DNA of 64,000 nucleotides from a virus, in IMG/VR virus record IMGVR_UViG_3300036774_000066, positions 64,001-128,000 of that record. The stretch is one strand, 5' to 3'. Under the pieces are notes generated by a model that was not told the origin of the DNA, searched no databases, and was given only the letters and a program-made list of their open reading frames with translations. The position numbers and the translations under genes are program-made. Shown in pieces: positions 18,881 through 28,400 of the stretch. How positions within the stretch are numbered: the stretch's first letter is position 1; every line of letters begins with the position of its first letter.

Positions 18881-19238
18881 GCTCTTTTCTCAATTCTTCC
18901 AAGATAAACCATCGAATCACTGACCCATGACAAAACCACCCACCCGGATGTTTGCAATCACACAGTAGAAAAAGATTCCCCTTCCGAGCTATCCCTACCA
19001 AAATATGAAACGCCGCTGCGAACTCCCTGTCCACAGCAAGCATAGATGAAAAATATCTTTTGTAAAGTCCACACGCTACATCCATCCCCCTTATATACAC
19101 AAACCCACAAGGAAGAAGAAATCTCGCCCAAAAAACCCACCACGGCAAAACTACATGCTTCTGCTCAAAAATGGACCCTCGCCCAATCTTGACCTCGTAC
19201 CTCCCCTTCCGATGGGACGATGATAGTATGTAAACCAT
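18861..19238 (-). CDS. DUF4326-like protein
   Basis: IGRGS...LLCDC.HP...CHG.VI. Confidence 0.6.
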   Translation of the reverse strand: MVYILSSSHRKGRYEVKIGRGSIFEQKHVVLPWWVFWARFLLPCGFVYIRGMDVACGLYKRYFSSMLAVDREFAAAFHILVGIARKGNLFLLCDCKHPGGWFCHGSVIRWFILEELRKEHESIKH

Positions 19239-19247
19239 GTATCCCTC

Positions 19248-19817
19248 TCACCTAATTACCAACACTCCTTTACGAATCATAATATTTCGCTTAGACAAAA
19301 CTCTCCCGTCTGCTCTAACGGAAGGCCCACGAGATACAGGGGAGACACGATTACTCAAGGAGGGATGCTGCACAACAGCAGTAGGAGAAATACTCGGAAT
19401 AGTCAACTCTCTTGACCAATAGCCACGATTGCCTATACCTACCCATACCCGATAACCCGTATCGGCTCTCACTGTGTCACTAATACACCCAATAAGACAC
19501 GTAACCGTGTCACAAGGAGGACGATTATTTCCACAAGTAGCAAATTCAACAGGAAGAGGAACCGTCAAATAGGAATGAGTCGCATACAGCGTCCATCTAT
19601 TATGTTCAAGTTCAAAAGTAAACATGCTATTCCCATAAAACCTTCCGTAGATAGCAACACCCCTCCCACATTGATATGTAGGAGTAAGTGAGGTAGGACC
19701 AAGAACCTTCACATAAACAGAATCCGTGTCCAGCATAGTAGGATTACCCAAACTATCAAGAACAACAGCACTTGACATACCACATATAACAAGAACAAGT
19801 GAAAGAACCTTACACAT
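19248..19817 (-). CDS. Secreted protein with signal peptide and basic C-terminal tail
   Basis: MCKVLSLVLVICGMSSA signal; Cys-rich; tail ...RADGRVL...RKGVLVIR. Confidence 0.65.
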   Translation of the reverse strand: MCKVLSLVLVICGMSSAVVLDSLGNPTMLDTDSVYVKVLGPTSLTPTYQCGRGVAIYGRFYGNSMFTFELEHNRWTLYATHSYLTVPLPVEFATCGNNRPPCDTVTCLIGCISDTVRADTGYRVWVGIGNRGYWSRELTIPSISPTAVVQHPSLSNRVSPVSRGPSVRADGRVLSKRNIMIRKGVLVIR

Positions 19818-19828
19818 GATACACCTCC

Positions 19829-21148
19829 TTAAAAAACCATTTCTTTTAGAAAATTCTCCTGTAACTCACATTGATCCGCGTTCTTGTCTACCCTCCATGC
19901 AATTAAACGACAATGCCTGATCCGCATTGCCCTTGATGAGATATTCTGCCCGTCGATCTCTGCAACCCGGCCTTCCCAATCGGGATGTAACCCACAGACC
20001 TTACCTCCTAACCCATCATCCATGTAAACCGTGATCGACTTCCGAAAATCCAGCGCCAGCCCGGAAACATGCCCAATCTCATGCTGCACACGCTCCCCGT
20101 TAGGCTTCACAAGCCACACGGAGAACTTCAAAGTTCCTACCATGTTCTCGTATGCCTTACCCTTCTCCCCCGGCTCCCACCCGCTCACAAACGCATCCAG
20201 CGTATCATTGAGAGGAGAATCCAGCAAAGACCCTGAAACAGTACGCTTAATCTTGATCCACTGACACCGCGCCCTACTCTCCTGTGCAAGGTATAGGGCA
20301 TTCTTATGCTTTGCAATAACCCCTTCTCCTTTGGCTGCAATTATCATGTCATGGAAAGCCTTCTTACCAACCACATCATAAACAGTCTCAAGAAACTCCA
20401 CATTCAAACCAGCAGATTTTTCAACAGAGGTAACAACACGGGCAACCTTCTCTCTATCACACTGACCCAATGCCCGATTACTTCCCTCTGTCAACCACTC
20501 GTTGTTAAAAAACATACAATCAAAACTGTAAAACTTCAGAGGACAGTTCTCGTTCTTCTGAATGTATAGGGAATCTGTGTCATTCAAACCTAACAAGGCG
20601 GTTACTGCGGACAACTGAGTATCCGTCTCCACTCCTCGTTTCTTCATCACAGTAGAAATAACAGGGTTAGTACAAACCAACTCTGAATCAGCAATGTAAG
20701 AATCAAACTGAGCACCCAATTCCTCAATGTTAAGATTCGGCTGGTATATGTTGGTATACTCTATTGGAAGATAATCCTTGACAGACACACCACGAGAATA
20801 GAAATGAAGCCCCTCACCTCTTACGAAAATTCTTATTAGTCGAACTCCGTCCATCTTCTCCTGAAATCCCCACAGATCAGTCTTCCAAATCTCCTCTTGC
20901 TTTTCGGGAGAGACTGCATTGAAGCGATTAGCCAACATTGGACTATCCATCTGTAAAATCAACTGCAAGTGCTTTGGAACACGACCATCGGGATACCGTA
21001 GCTTCAGGTGGTGATTGCGCAATGCAAGTATGTAATCATCCTTGGAGCACTTCTTCCCTGGTTTACTATTCTTAGTAGGCTCAACATACAAACCATACTG
21101 ACGACACTCTCTGTCCAAGTCTGCAATTGTCCGTACACCAATACCCAT
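19829..21148 (-). CDS. ATP-dependent DNA ligase
   Basis: EKMDGVR (KxDG), DSEL, FDC, EGVIAK, WIKIK, OB domain. Confidence 0.9.
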   Translation of the reverse strand: MGIGVRTIADLDRECRQYGLYVEPTKNSKPGKKCSKDDYILALRNHHLKLRYPDGRVPKHLQLILQMDSPMLANRFNAVSPEKQEEIWKTDLWGFQEKMDGVRLIRIFVRGEGLHFYSRGVSVKDYLPIEYTNIYQPNLNIEELGAQFDSYIADSELVCTNPVISTVMKKRGVETDTQLSAVTALLGLNDTDSLYIQKNENCPLKFYSFDCMFFNNEWLTEGSNRALGQCDREKVARVVTSVEKSAGLNVEFLETVYDVVGKKAFHDMIIAAKGEGVIAKHKNALYLAQESRARCQWIKIKRTVSGSLLDSPLNDTLDAFVSGWEPGEKGKAYENMVGTLKFSVWLVKPNGERVQHEIGHVSGLALDFRKSITVYMDDGLGGKVCGLHPDWEGRVAEIDGQNISSRAMRIRHCRLIAWRVDKNADQCELQENFLKEMVF

Positions 21149-21164
21149 GTCAAACTCCTATACG

Positions 21165-21560
21165 TCAATAATCCTGCATCTTTGAAACCTGTTGGCACCA
21201 ATTCAATGCTCGCATATTCCTACCGTCCTCATAGCAGGAATTTCCAGCCTTATCACCAAGTTTACCAATAATCCTTTGCAAAAAGAAAATCATCTCCTGC
21301 TGCACCGACCTATGCTGTGTAACAATCAGCCCGACAATTGCATCCGAGTCCAGCCCCTCAAAATCAAAAGGGATTTTGCTTGCCATGTCAGCAAAATCCC
21401 TTACAAAACCCTTGTATCTGTCAATCTTTTTTCTTACTGATTCCCTACACGCACACGTCTGACAAACGACCTCACCTTTCTGTACAGGTCCAACATTCTC
21501 CACATACAAGGTAGTACCGATAGTCTCTGCTTCTTTACGGCAGATAAAACAGATTGACAA
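21165..21560 (-). CDS. Hypothetical protein with CxxC pairs
   Basis: ORF. Confidence 0.6.
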   Translation of the reverse strand: MSICFICRKEAETIGTTLYVENVGPVQKGEVVCQTCACRESVRKKIDRYKGFVRDFADMASKIPFDFEGLDSDAIVGLIVTQHRSVQQEMIFFLQRIIGKLGDKAGNSCYEDGRNMRALNWCQQVSKMQDY

Positions 21561-21563
21561 AAC

Positions 21564-21797
21564 TCACCCCCGTCGTATGTCATCCCGTATGACCTCGACC
21601 CCGTGCTTTGTCAAAAACTTTATCACAGTATTATGCAGGATAATGTTGGGAACAAGCTGCCTCTTTACACGCACCTTCTTCACATCCCCCTTCTCTGCCC
21701 TTGCAAGCAGATCAATCAACTCAAACTTGCCCAAAGAAGCAAGTTCTGACCAAACAAAGAGCGCAACATCCTTCTCAAAGTCCTTTGCGATATTCAT
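21564..21797 (-). CDS. Hypothetical protein
   Basis: GGAGG RBS downstream of sigma70 promoter. Confidence 0.6.
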   Translation of the reverse strand: MNIAKDFEKDVALFVWSELASLGKFELIDLLARAEKGDVKKVRVKRQLVPNIILHNTVIKFLTKHGVEVIRDDIRRG

Positions 21798-21818
21798 AAC
21801 GCGCCTCCCTGATCTCTA

Positions 21819-21847
21819 AATATAGTCTTTGAAAACTATAAAGTCAA
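21819..21847 (-). promoter_or_regulatory. Sigma70-type early promoter
   Basis: TTGACT-17-TATATT. Confidence 0.8.
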
Positions 21848-21867
21848 GTCCTCATTTCAAAAACCCA

Positions 21868-22515
21868 TTAACGGTATAACTCTTCTCTCCTTTTCTGGTA
21901 TTCGCAACGCTTTCGACACCATGACGCTTGCCACTTAGACCTTCTTGCATATTTCCGATGTAACTTATGCATCTGAGGAAGATTGTCGGCGCAAATATTA
22001 TCCCAAATATCGTGCCAAACCGCATCAAAACTCAAACCTTCCGGCTTATATTCCAACGCATCAGCATTGATGAAGTGAACCCTGCTATCTTTCTCGAAGA
22101 CAGGCTTCACCAGGGAAAGAACATCAGCAGATTTTTCTACAACAAAAGCCCTCTTGACAAACGGCTCTCCCCTCTCGTCAATCTTGTTAAGAACAACATC
22201 AAGAGTAATCCCTAACCCCAAGCCGTTAATCAAAACAGTCCCTTCTGCTGCGCGGAAAAAGGGGAACTGATCTCTAATCTCGTCAGGGGTATTTGACATT
22301 ACCATTGTTCCACCCCGCTTCAAAGCCGCGTATGTCCCTGCTGGCACATACCTACCTCCCGCAGAGGAAAAGGCTGCACGCATGGCTCCAAACCTCTCAG
22401 CCTCTTCCGAAACTGTAAAGGTACTTACTGACCAATCGCCAGATATTCCATCTGGAACATCAACCGGAATAACTTCGGGCAACTCACCTGTAAAATGCCA
22501 CGGCTTCATAATCAC
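21868..22515 (-). CDS. SAM-dependent methyltransferase (spermidine-synthase-like fold)
   Basis: VLINGLGLG, VVEKS, ADA, FDAVWHDIW. Confidence 0.78.
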   Translation of the reverse strand: MIMKPWHFTGELPEVIPVDVPDGISGDWSVSTFTVSEEAERFGAMRAAFSSAGGRYVPAGTYAALKRGGTMVMSNTPDEIRDQFPFFRAAEGTVLINGLGLGITLDVVLNKIDERGEPFVKRAFVVEKSADVLSLVKPVFEKDSRVHFINADALEYKPEGLSFDAVWHDIWDNICADNLPQMHKLHRKYARRSKWQASWCRKRCEYQKRREELYR

Positions 22516-22525
22516 ATCCTCATAG

Positions 22526-22677
22526 TTGACAGGAGGAAAAAGGGGGAGGGGTAAACTTGGTTAGATCAACAACAGACTGCCGCTTCAATGCAATCCCTGA
22601 CCTCACGGACAGGATGCCTTGGACTCCACGATCATCTGTCTCCCCTCCCAAGTATAGCCGATCCCCTCCCCTGTCAA
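22526..22677 (-). ncRNA. Candidate structured RNA B (long imperfect hairpin with alternative pairings)
   Basis: TTGACAGG/CCTGTCAA, GGGGAGGGG/CCCCTCCCC plus TTTTT, ACTTGG/CCAAGT, GACAGAT/GTCTGTT, TCCTG/CAGGG. Confidence 0.55.
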
Positions 22678-22901
22678 TCCAAGATTACTTTCTTTTCCCT
22701 CTTGTATCTTCGGGCTGTTCGCGCTTGCTCAATCTTATGAAGATGTGCCTCGACTCCCACATTGGTAGTCCTATCAAAGACAGAAACAATATGATACTTC
22801 CAAAATGAATACGCCAAAGCCTTGACCTGTCCATAGGTCTTTGCCTTGGTCTGTGAGGAAAGATGCAAGTCTTTGAATCTCTGTACACACTTTTGACACA
22901 T
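22674..22901 (-). CDS. Hypothetical protein
   Basis: ORF. Confidence 0.5.
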   Translation of the reverse strand: MCQKCVQRFKDLHLSSQTKAKTYGQVKALAYSFWKYHIVSVFDRTTNVGVEAHLHKIEQARTARRYKREKKVILD

Positions 22902-22918
22902 AAAAATTTCCTATCAGA

Positions 22919-23230
22919 TCACTCTAACAACAACTTATACCGCGTCAAAAACGTGATCTTCCAAGCATCAGCAATTGCAGTACCTCTTTTGAACTCGCTC
23001 ATGGCTTCCTGCAATTCTTTCACATGAGTAGAAATTTTCCCGCCCTCGATATTCAGCTTCTTTTGGGCAATGTGAAGCACCTGACGAAAAGCCTCACGTT
23101 GAATAACCTGCTCCCCCAACTCATTCCCGTAAACACCAAAGAAAGCCAACAGCCACGTACAGAACTCCTCATTGTAAATGGGAATCCCAATACTGGTGTA
23201 CAGCGCATCCAACTCCTCTAACTCAGACAT
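22919..23230 (-). CDS. Hypothetical protein
   Basis: ORF, GAGG RBS before ATG 23230. Confidence 0.55.
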   Translation of the reverse strand: MSELEELDALYTSIGIPIYNEEFCTWLLAFFGVYGNELGEQVIQREAFRQVLHIAQKKLNIEGGKISTHVKELQEAMSEFKRGTAIADAWKITFLTRYKLLLE

Positions 23231-23231
23231 A

Positions 23232-23447
23232 CTAACCTCTTTCCCTTTCTCTAACAATCACCTTCTGTCCTCCCGCCAACGTGTGAATCTTTGTATTACC
23301 CTCACTGCAAGGAACATACCGTATTGACGGATGATACCTCGCGGCATCAATCAACTCCTTCACCACCTCTCTCGGAACAGGGGCAACCATGTATTCCCCG
23401 TCACCCAAACACGCCCTTGCAATATCAACTGCTTCTTGTATTTTCAT
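23232..23447 (-). CDS. Hypothetical protein
   Basis: ORF, GGAG RBS. Confidence 0.5.
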   Translation of the reverse strand: MKIQEAVDIARACLGDGEYMVAPVPREVVKELIDAARYHPSIRYVPCSEGNTKIHTLAGGQKVIVRERERG

Positions 23448-23451
23448 CAGG

Positions 23452-23892
23452 CTATTCTCCCATGTACGGAACAATCTTCTCCCCATCCCAATACCGAACA
23501 GGCTTACCGTTATACCGAAGATACTTCACCATACGCTGAAAATGACTTGCAGTAAAATTCTTCACTGCCATGTGAGGAGTGAAATATTTCCCCTGCCTAA
23601 CCAAGTGACTACCACCGCAAGTCTCCTCACCTACGGAATCTCCTACTCCAGTATCCCGACAAGCATACATAATATCAGTCAAGAAATGCTTGTTAAACTT
23701 ACGCCAAGCCACAATGCAGAAGGTTATCCTGTTGTAAACTGCTTTTGGATTATCTACATCCTGCTGAAAAATTACCCATGTCGGCATACTTTCCGGGTCT
23801 GCTTTTCCCTTTTCCTCACAAGCCATAGCAGACTCAGAACTTTCATACTCTTCCCCGCATATCTCACAGGCATACTTAGTTATGATCTTCAC
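23452..23892 (-). CDS. Hypothetical protein with N-terminal Zn finger
   Basis: YACEICG...CE. Confidence 0.6.
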   Translation of the reverse strand: MKIITKYACEICGEEYESSESAMACEEKGKADPESMPTWVIFQQDVDNPKAVYNRITFCIVAWRKFNKHFLTDIMYACRDTGVGDSVGEETCGGSHLVRQGKYFTPHMAVKNFTASHFQRMVKYLRYNGKPVRYWDGEKIVPYMGE

Positions 23893-23960
23893 TGACCCTC
23901 CTTGTACACGTCAAGCAAGGCATCCAATTCCTGATTACATTTTTTCCAGTTGACTCCAAA
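23889..23960 (-). pseudogene. Orphan 3' gene fragment (FGVNWKKCNQELDALLDVYKEGQ*), probable original end of the 24550..24987 gene
   Basis: Startless frame after HNH stop; shares FG...WKK and a TTTGGA repeat with the upstream gene's end. Confidence 0.55.
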
Positions 23961-23961
23961 G

Positions 23962-24546
23962 TTACAAACTCAGGTGCGTAACTATTCTTTTCACCTGTTC
24001 CTTAAACTCCTCAACAGACATTGTATGCTTCATATAATTGCACCGTTTACAACAAGAAACACAGTTTTCTTTTACATAACCAACAGAGTTATCTAATCTG
24101 TCAATACCATTATGGGTTAAAGCAGCATGTCGAATCGCTTCTTCAGAGTACCTTTTTGAGTGTGCCGGTCCATAGGTAGTAACCATACTTGGGGACGCTC
24201 CGCAATAGAAGCAATCAGAAGTAACTATGCCCCTAATCTCTTCATTGGTCAATTCAAATCTTAACCCTCGCACCTCTGCTCCACGTCTATAATTATCTAC
24301 AAAACGATTAAGACCATGCTCACCTTTTCCCTTTCTTGTCCTTTTACTTATAGATAATCTAAGAATGCATCCACAAGATTTAGTTTCCTCGCCATGTCCT
24401 TTTGTCAAATCTTTTGACCGAATTATCTTTTCTTTTCCACAATCACACGCACATAAAAAACAAACACACTTTCCCTTATTCTCCACTCTTCGGAGAACAA
24501 CTAATTTCCCAATTCTCTGCCCAGTCAACTCTATAAATTTCGGCAT
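23962..24546 (-). mobile_element. Free-standing HNH homing endonuclease
   Basis: LTGQRIGKL...C.CDCG...TKSCGC; CFYCG...GIDRLDN..GY...NCVSCC..CN..K. Confidence 0.85.
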
Positions 24547-24549
24547 ATC

Positions 24550-24987
24550 CTACTCACACAGCTTGTCACAGTAATAGTCATATTTCTTCCAACTAAAGGA
24601 AAGAAATCCAAAAAATACCTTACAGAATAACCATGAGGCAATGTCCCCAGCAACATGACCACGATGATAAGGACAATTCTTATCATAGCCCGCTTCTTGC
24701 GATTTAGGAATTTGTTTCAAGGTATACATTTCTTCATACTTCCGGTCAAAGTCGTCGCATTCTGGTGTTTTCACTCCCATCCACTCGCATATCAACCATT
24801 CAACAATCTCGTGAATGAAAACACCTGCTTCGTACATCCACGCTTCCTTATTAGACAATTCGGGAAACGCCAACTTGTAATCGGTAATCCTGATCTGCAA
24901 TACCCCATTCTCGTCCTCATACCAATCCCCACAAGTTGTAAATCTGTGCTCTCTGTGTGGTATTGTCTTGACATTGATCTTTAACAT
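24550..24987 (-). CDS. Putative metalloprotein (HExxE)
   Basis: CGDW, FIHEIVE, CPYH.GH. Confidence 0.6.
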   Translation of the reverse strand: MLKINVKTIPHREHRFTTCGDWYEDENGVLQIRITDYKLAFPELSNKEAWMYEAGVFIHEIVEWLICEWMGVKTPECDDFDRKYEEMYTLKQIPKSQEAGYDKNCPYHRGHVAGDIASWLFCKVFFGFLSFSWKKYDYYCDKLCE

Positions 24988-25004
24988 AGCAAGAAATCCT
25001 TTGG

Positions 25005-25268
25005 TTATCCTTTTATGAGAAGAGATACGATCACAACGAGGAGAAAAATCAAAGAGGAGACAAAGCAGACAGACCTATTAGTCAACCGGATATTGTAACT
25101 ATTCCGGTCCTTCCATCCCTCTGCATACCCTATGAAACGGGCATACCTCACCAACGCCTCAAGGTCCGTCTTCTCCTTGTCAAGGTGAAGATGCTGCTTG
25201 TCAACTGCATCTTGAATTATATCAGCCTCAGACATAGCTGAAATAGCAGACTTTCCACCGCCCCTCAT
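25005..25268 (-). CDS. Hypothetical protein with C-terminal TM helix
   Basis: Hydrophobic C-terminus. Confidence 0.55.
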   Translation of the reverse strand: MRGGGKSAISAMSEADIIQDAVDKQHLHLDKEKTDLEALVRYARFIGYAEGWKDRNSYNIRLTNRSVCFVSSLIFLLVVIVSLLIKG

Positions 25269-25582
25269 ACGATGTCCTTGAATTTCACTTCAATTTTATC
25301 AATTACAATATGATTCGCAATAGTTGGAGCTACAATTATGGTTTCCGGCACAACTTCCGACACTTCTACAGAAGCCACAGGAGCCGCCGCAACAACTTCT
25401 GACTCCGTAGTCTTTTCCGACTCCGGCTCCGGCTGCTTGACTTCAACACAGGCAGCACTACGAGGGGCAACCCGACCACATGCAGGGCTTGCACACTGCC
25501 ACGTATGCTCATGCTCCTTGACGTGAGGACAACCTTCCTTACTGACACCGCATGTTGATGCATGAGGACATACGAAATTCAT
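25265..25582 (-). CDS. Cys/His-rich hypothetical protein
   Basis: CPH..C...CPH...H.H..C..C. Confidence 0.6.
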   Translation of the reverse strand: MNFVCPHASTCGVSKEGCPHVKEHEHTWQCASPACGRVAPRSAACVEVKQPEPESEKTTESEVVAAAPVASVEVSEVVPETIIVAPTIANHIVIDKIEVKFKDIV

Positions 25583-25617
25583 AGACTATCCTTTCTCTTT
25601 ACAGATGTTAAAAACAA

Positions 25618-25830
25618 CTACATTGGAGTCTCCATTGGCCTTCCGCACTTCTGACAAACACGCCCCTCATTTGCACAAGACCTACACGTCACCGCCAAAT
25701 CCTCATGTAAGTCATACGTGCCATGTTCTTTGCACTCAGCAGTTCCTCTCTGCTGAAAAGAAAAAACAGCACGAGAGTAGAGCTTCGTGCAATCATCACA
25801 GAAGATGAAAAAATCTGCTGGCGAGTTCAT
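25618..25830 (-). CDS. Zn-finger protein
   Basis: Multiple CxxC. Confidence 0.6.
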   Translation of the reverse strand: MNSPADFFIFCDDCTKLYSRAVFSFQQRGTAECKEHGTYDLHEDLAVTCRSCANEGRVCQKCGRPMETPM

Positions 25831-26198
25831 ACGTCCTCCCCGGCCACAGAATCATGATACTCTTGCGGTTCGGAAAAGGGAGAATACTTTTCTCCTGCAT
25901 GAGAAACCGTACCCTTCAATCGCACATTGAGATCACGCAGAGACAGCGACGGAGGAATAGCAGCAACCTTCGCCGCAAAGTCCTCTTGACTCCCACGATT
26001 TACGACACCGGACACATCCTGTACAAGATCGGAGTTCCAAACCGGGCAAGTCCGAAAATTGCACTTGTCAGGCTGAGAAGCCAGGCGATTCTTGCACGAA
26101 ACGTAAAACTTGCCAGGAGTTCCCATGTACCCGAAATGTCGGTCGTCGCAATGCGACTGAAACACATGAAATGGGACAATCTTCTCTGAAACTGACAT
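25827..26198 (-). CDS. Hypothetical protein
   Basis: AGGAG RBS. Confidence 0.55.
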   Translation of the reverse strand: MSVSEKIVPFHVFQSHCDDRHFGYMGTPGKFYVSCKNRLASQPDKCNFRTCPVWNSDLVQDVSGVVNRGSQEDFAAKVAAIPPSLSLRDLNVRLKGTVSHAGEKYSPFSEPQEYHDSVAGEDV

Positions 26199-26213
26199 AC
26201 TCTTCTCCTTTAT

Positions 26214-26420
26214 TTATGCGAAACCTATTGCCATCAACACAACCTCTTCAATCCCATAGACACAACGAGAATCACACTCCTCACACTTGTACTCTCTCGC
26301 ATCCGGCTCTATCCCGGTAACTTTCGCCCCACATGCCAGACAATACCCAACACTCTCTCCAGAACGATATGCCTCTTGCAACTCCTTTACAGGTGGGTAT
26401 TTGTGAGACTCAGAAGTCAT
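26214..26420 (-). CDS. Zn-ribbon protein
   Basis: GYCLACG...EPDAREYKCEEC...VYG.EE. Confidence 0.65.
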   Translation of the reverse strand: MTSESHKYPPVKELQEAYRSGESVGYCLACGAKVTGIEPDAREYKCEECDSRCVYGIEEVVLMAIGFA

Positions 26421-26438
26421 GCTTTAACTCCCGAAGAT

Positions 26439-26470
26439 AAAAGAAGTGGCTGGCATTACACCAGCCACGC
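26439..26470 (-). terminator. Intrinsic terminator
   Basis: GTGGCTGG-loop-CCAGCCAC plus TTCTTTT. Confidence 0.75.
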
Positions 26471-26485
26471 TCCCCGCCCCACTGC

Positions 26486-27490
26486 TCAAGGAACTGCAAC
26501 CGCAACAGGCTGATTGACATTTACTGTGTCCAACTTGGCACACAGGTCAAAAGCCTTTTCTTTGATCGTCGCACCTGACCCGAACCAGATATTCTCAAGG
26601 CGCGAACTGGACTTTCCAATTGCCCGGTAGTAGTCCACATACTCCACAACCGAATTGTAAAGACCCCACGCGGTCCCTTTGAACTCAGGCAGGTCCGCAC
26701 CCTTAGCCTTTCCCTCAAAAAGTTCCTTGATCGTGTCCCTGACATTGATTGCACGAGTGGAGTTTCCGGTACTTGACGCGGAGGGAACCACGTACTCAAG
26801 GAAGTAGGCAAGCATCGCAGTATCAACCTGAATGGAAGCCATCTTACCAAAGATACCCTCCACCTTCTTAGCCTGTTCCTTGACAAGCCCCAAAATCCGC
26901 AGTCCCTCTTGCAGTCCGGCATCCATACTCTTCGTGTGCCGGACCTTGATGATCTTTGACGCACCGCCGACTGCCATTGACAAAGTATTCTGGCAAACCA
27001 CACGCACATTGGTCAAGGCAGCAGTCACGGAAGAAGTACCGTCATGGGAGTTTGACAGAAGAAGATACTCCTCAACAAGATCATCCTTGCCGATACGAAT
27101 TGAGTCAGGCAATTTCGCCAAGACCCAAATCCGTTGCCCATTGCCAAGTGCGCCCGCCGTATCATACACAGCGGCTTTCGCACCAACCACCGAGTCAAAA
27201 AATGCAAATGCATCCCGATTCTGCAAGGGAAGGTACTGCTTCCCAACATGCCCCAAAATCCCCGGAATCCCTGCCACGTCATCACGCTTCACGAAGTAAT
27301 GATCCGGGGAGGCATCAGCAAAGGAGCCATCAGGCATCGACAAGAAACACGGAGATTTCACCGCATTCCAATCCAGCCCTGCCGCGTGAATTGCATCCTT
27401 CGCGTTGAGAAGCCCCTGTACAATGGTCCCTTCCCCATGCCACGGTACTTTCCCCTGTCCTGAAAACATTGACTGCACGTTCGCTGGCAT
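26486..27490 (-). CDS. DUF932 family protein (phage/plasmid-like)
   Basis: VPWHG.G, AGLDW, QN.DAF.FFD, TAGAL..G, LLLSNSHDG, RVVCQNTL, GTAWGLYN.V.EY.D. Confidence 0.9.
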   Translation of the reverse strand: MPANVQSMFSGQGKVPWHGEGTIVQGLLNAKDAIHAAGLDWNAVKSPCFLSMPDGSFADASPDHYFVKRDDVAGIPGILGHVGKQYLPLQNRDAFAFFDSVVGAKAAVYDTAGALGNGQRIWVLAKLPDSIRIGKDDLVEEYLLLSNSHDGTSSVTAALTNVRVVCQNTLSMAVGGASKIIKVRHTKSMDAGLQEGLRILGLVKEQAKKVEGIFGKMASIQVDTAMLAYFLEYVVPSASSTGNSTRAINVRDTIKELFEGKAKGADLPEFKGTAWGLYNSVVEYVDYYRAIGKSSSRLENIWFGSGATIKEKAFDLCAKLDTVNVNQPVAVAVP

Positions 27491-27576
27491 ACCAACACCC
27501 CTTTCTTAAAAGTTTGTTTGAGACTCTTACATCATCTCTTTGTCTCTCGCTCATTCCCTACACTCCCTACACTCTA

Positions 27577-27605
27577 AATATAACCTATTTCAAAAGAAAA
27601 GTCAA
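27577..27605 (-). promoter_or_regulatory. Sigma70-type early promoter
   Basis: TTGACT-17-TATATT. Confidence 0.8.
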
Positions 27606-27633
27606 TAGTTTTTGAATCTTTTTTTCTTCCTCT

Positions 27634-28044
27634 CTAAGTCCTTGATTTTTCATCAGGTACAACAGGCTCGTCCGCTGAATATTTATACAACACTTGTAGG
27701 GCAGTCTTAATCTCCTCGAAATTTTCTCTGGTGATCCTCAGTTTCCCGCTATCCGGCAAGTCCTGATACTTCCTCCTCAAAACCTGTTTCCGATACTGCA
27801 CTTCAATCTCGTCTGTCAACGGCTCGTAGTATGTTCTGCTGTGCATTCTCGTACCATCATCACTGCCCACAAGATACCCGTCAGACTTTCTTACAAATCC
27901 CTTAATTGGACTTTCCTTCGTCCCTGCAACCCGAATAATCCATTTCGCATCTGTCTCCCCAAGGATAGTCTTGATAAGAACCGTACTGCCATAATTGACA
28001 GTACAGTAAATCCTATCCCCTATCTTCAAACCAGACAAATCCAT
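27634..28044 (-). CDS. Hypothetical protein
   Basis: GGAGG RBS. Confidence 0.6.
   Translation of the reverse strand: MDLSGLKIGDRIYCTVNYGSTVLIKTILGETDAKWIIRVAGTKESPIKGFVRKSDGYLVGSDDGTRMHSRTYYEPLTDEIEVQYRKQVLRRKYQDLPDSGKLRITRENFEEIKTALQVLYKYSADEPVVPDEKSRT
27635..27647 (-). promoter_or_regulatory. IHF-like site
   Basis: AATCAAGGACTTA matches WATCAA-N4-TTR, about 30 bp upstream of -35. Confidence 0.55.
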
Positions 28045-28052
28045 AGTTCCTC

Positions 28053-28385
28053 CTAAAGAACCGTCTTAATCCAACAAAGCGCATCGGGAGGCCACTTGTC
28101 AAGAGAAACCTTCTGGTCAGCCCAATCATACAAGCGACCGAAGTAAACATCAAACGCATCTTTATCATCATCCTCTTCCTCAACAAACCGTTCAAAGTCA
28201 GCCATGATGTCTGTCAAGATCAATGCGGCATGTGAGGCTTCCCCAAACCTCGCCCGGACCTTCGGAAGAAGCTGCCCTTTTATCTTCTCCACAATGTCCT
28301 TAGACAACTCCAAAACGGTTATTTCGTCTCGCTTTGTCCGTTCCCAAACATCCTGTATGTCAAGCTCAAACAACCAATTCGCCAT
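28053..28385 (-). CDS. Hypothetical protein
   Basis: ORF; LYDWAD...CWI. Confidence 0.6.
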   Translation of the reverse strand: MANWLFELDIQDVWERTKRDEITVLELSKDIVEKIKGQLLPKVRARFGEASHAALILTDIMADFERFVEEEDDDKDAFDVYFGRLYDWADQKVSLDKWPPDALCWIKTVL

Positions 28386-28400
28386 AGCACTTCCCCTTTG

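Noticed and set aside
23889-24612. Group I intron containing the HNH gene
   Set aside because: Only ~60 nt outside the ORF, too little for a catalytic core
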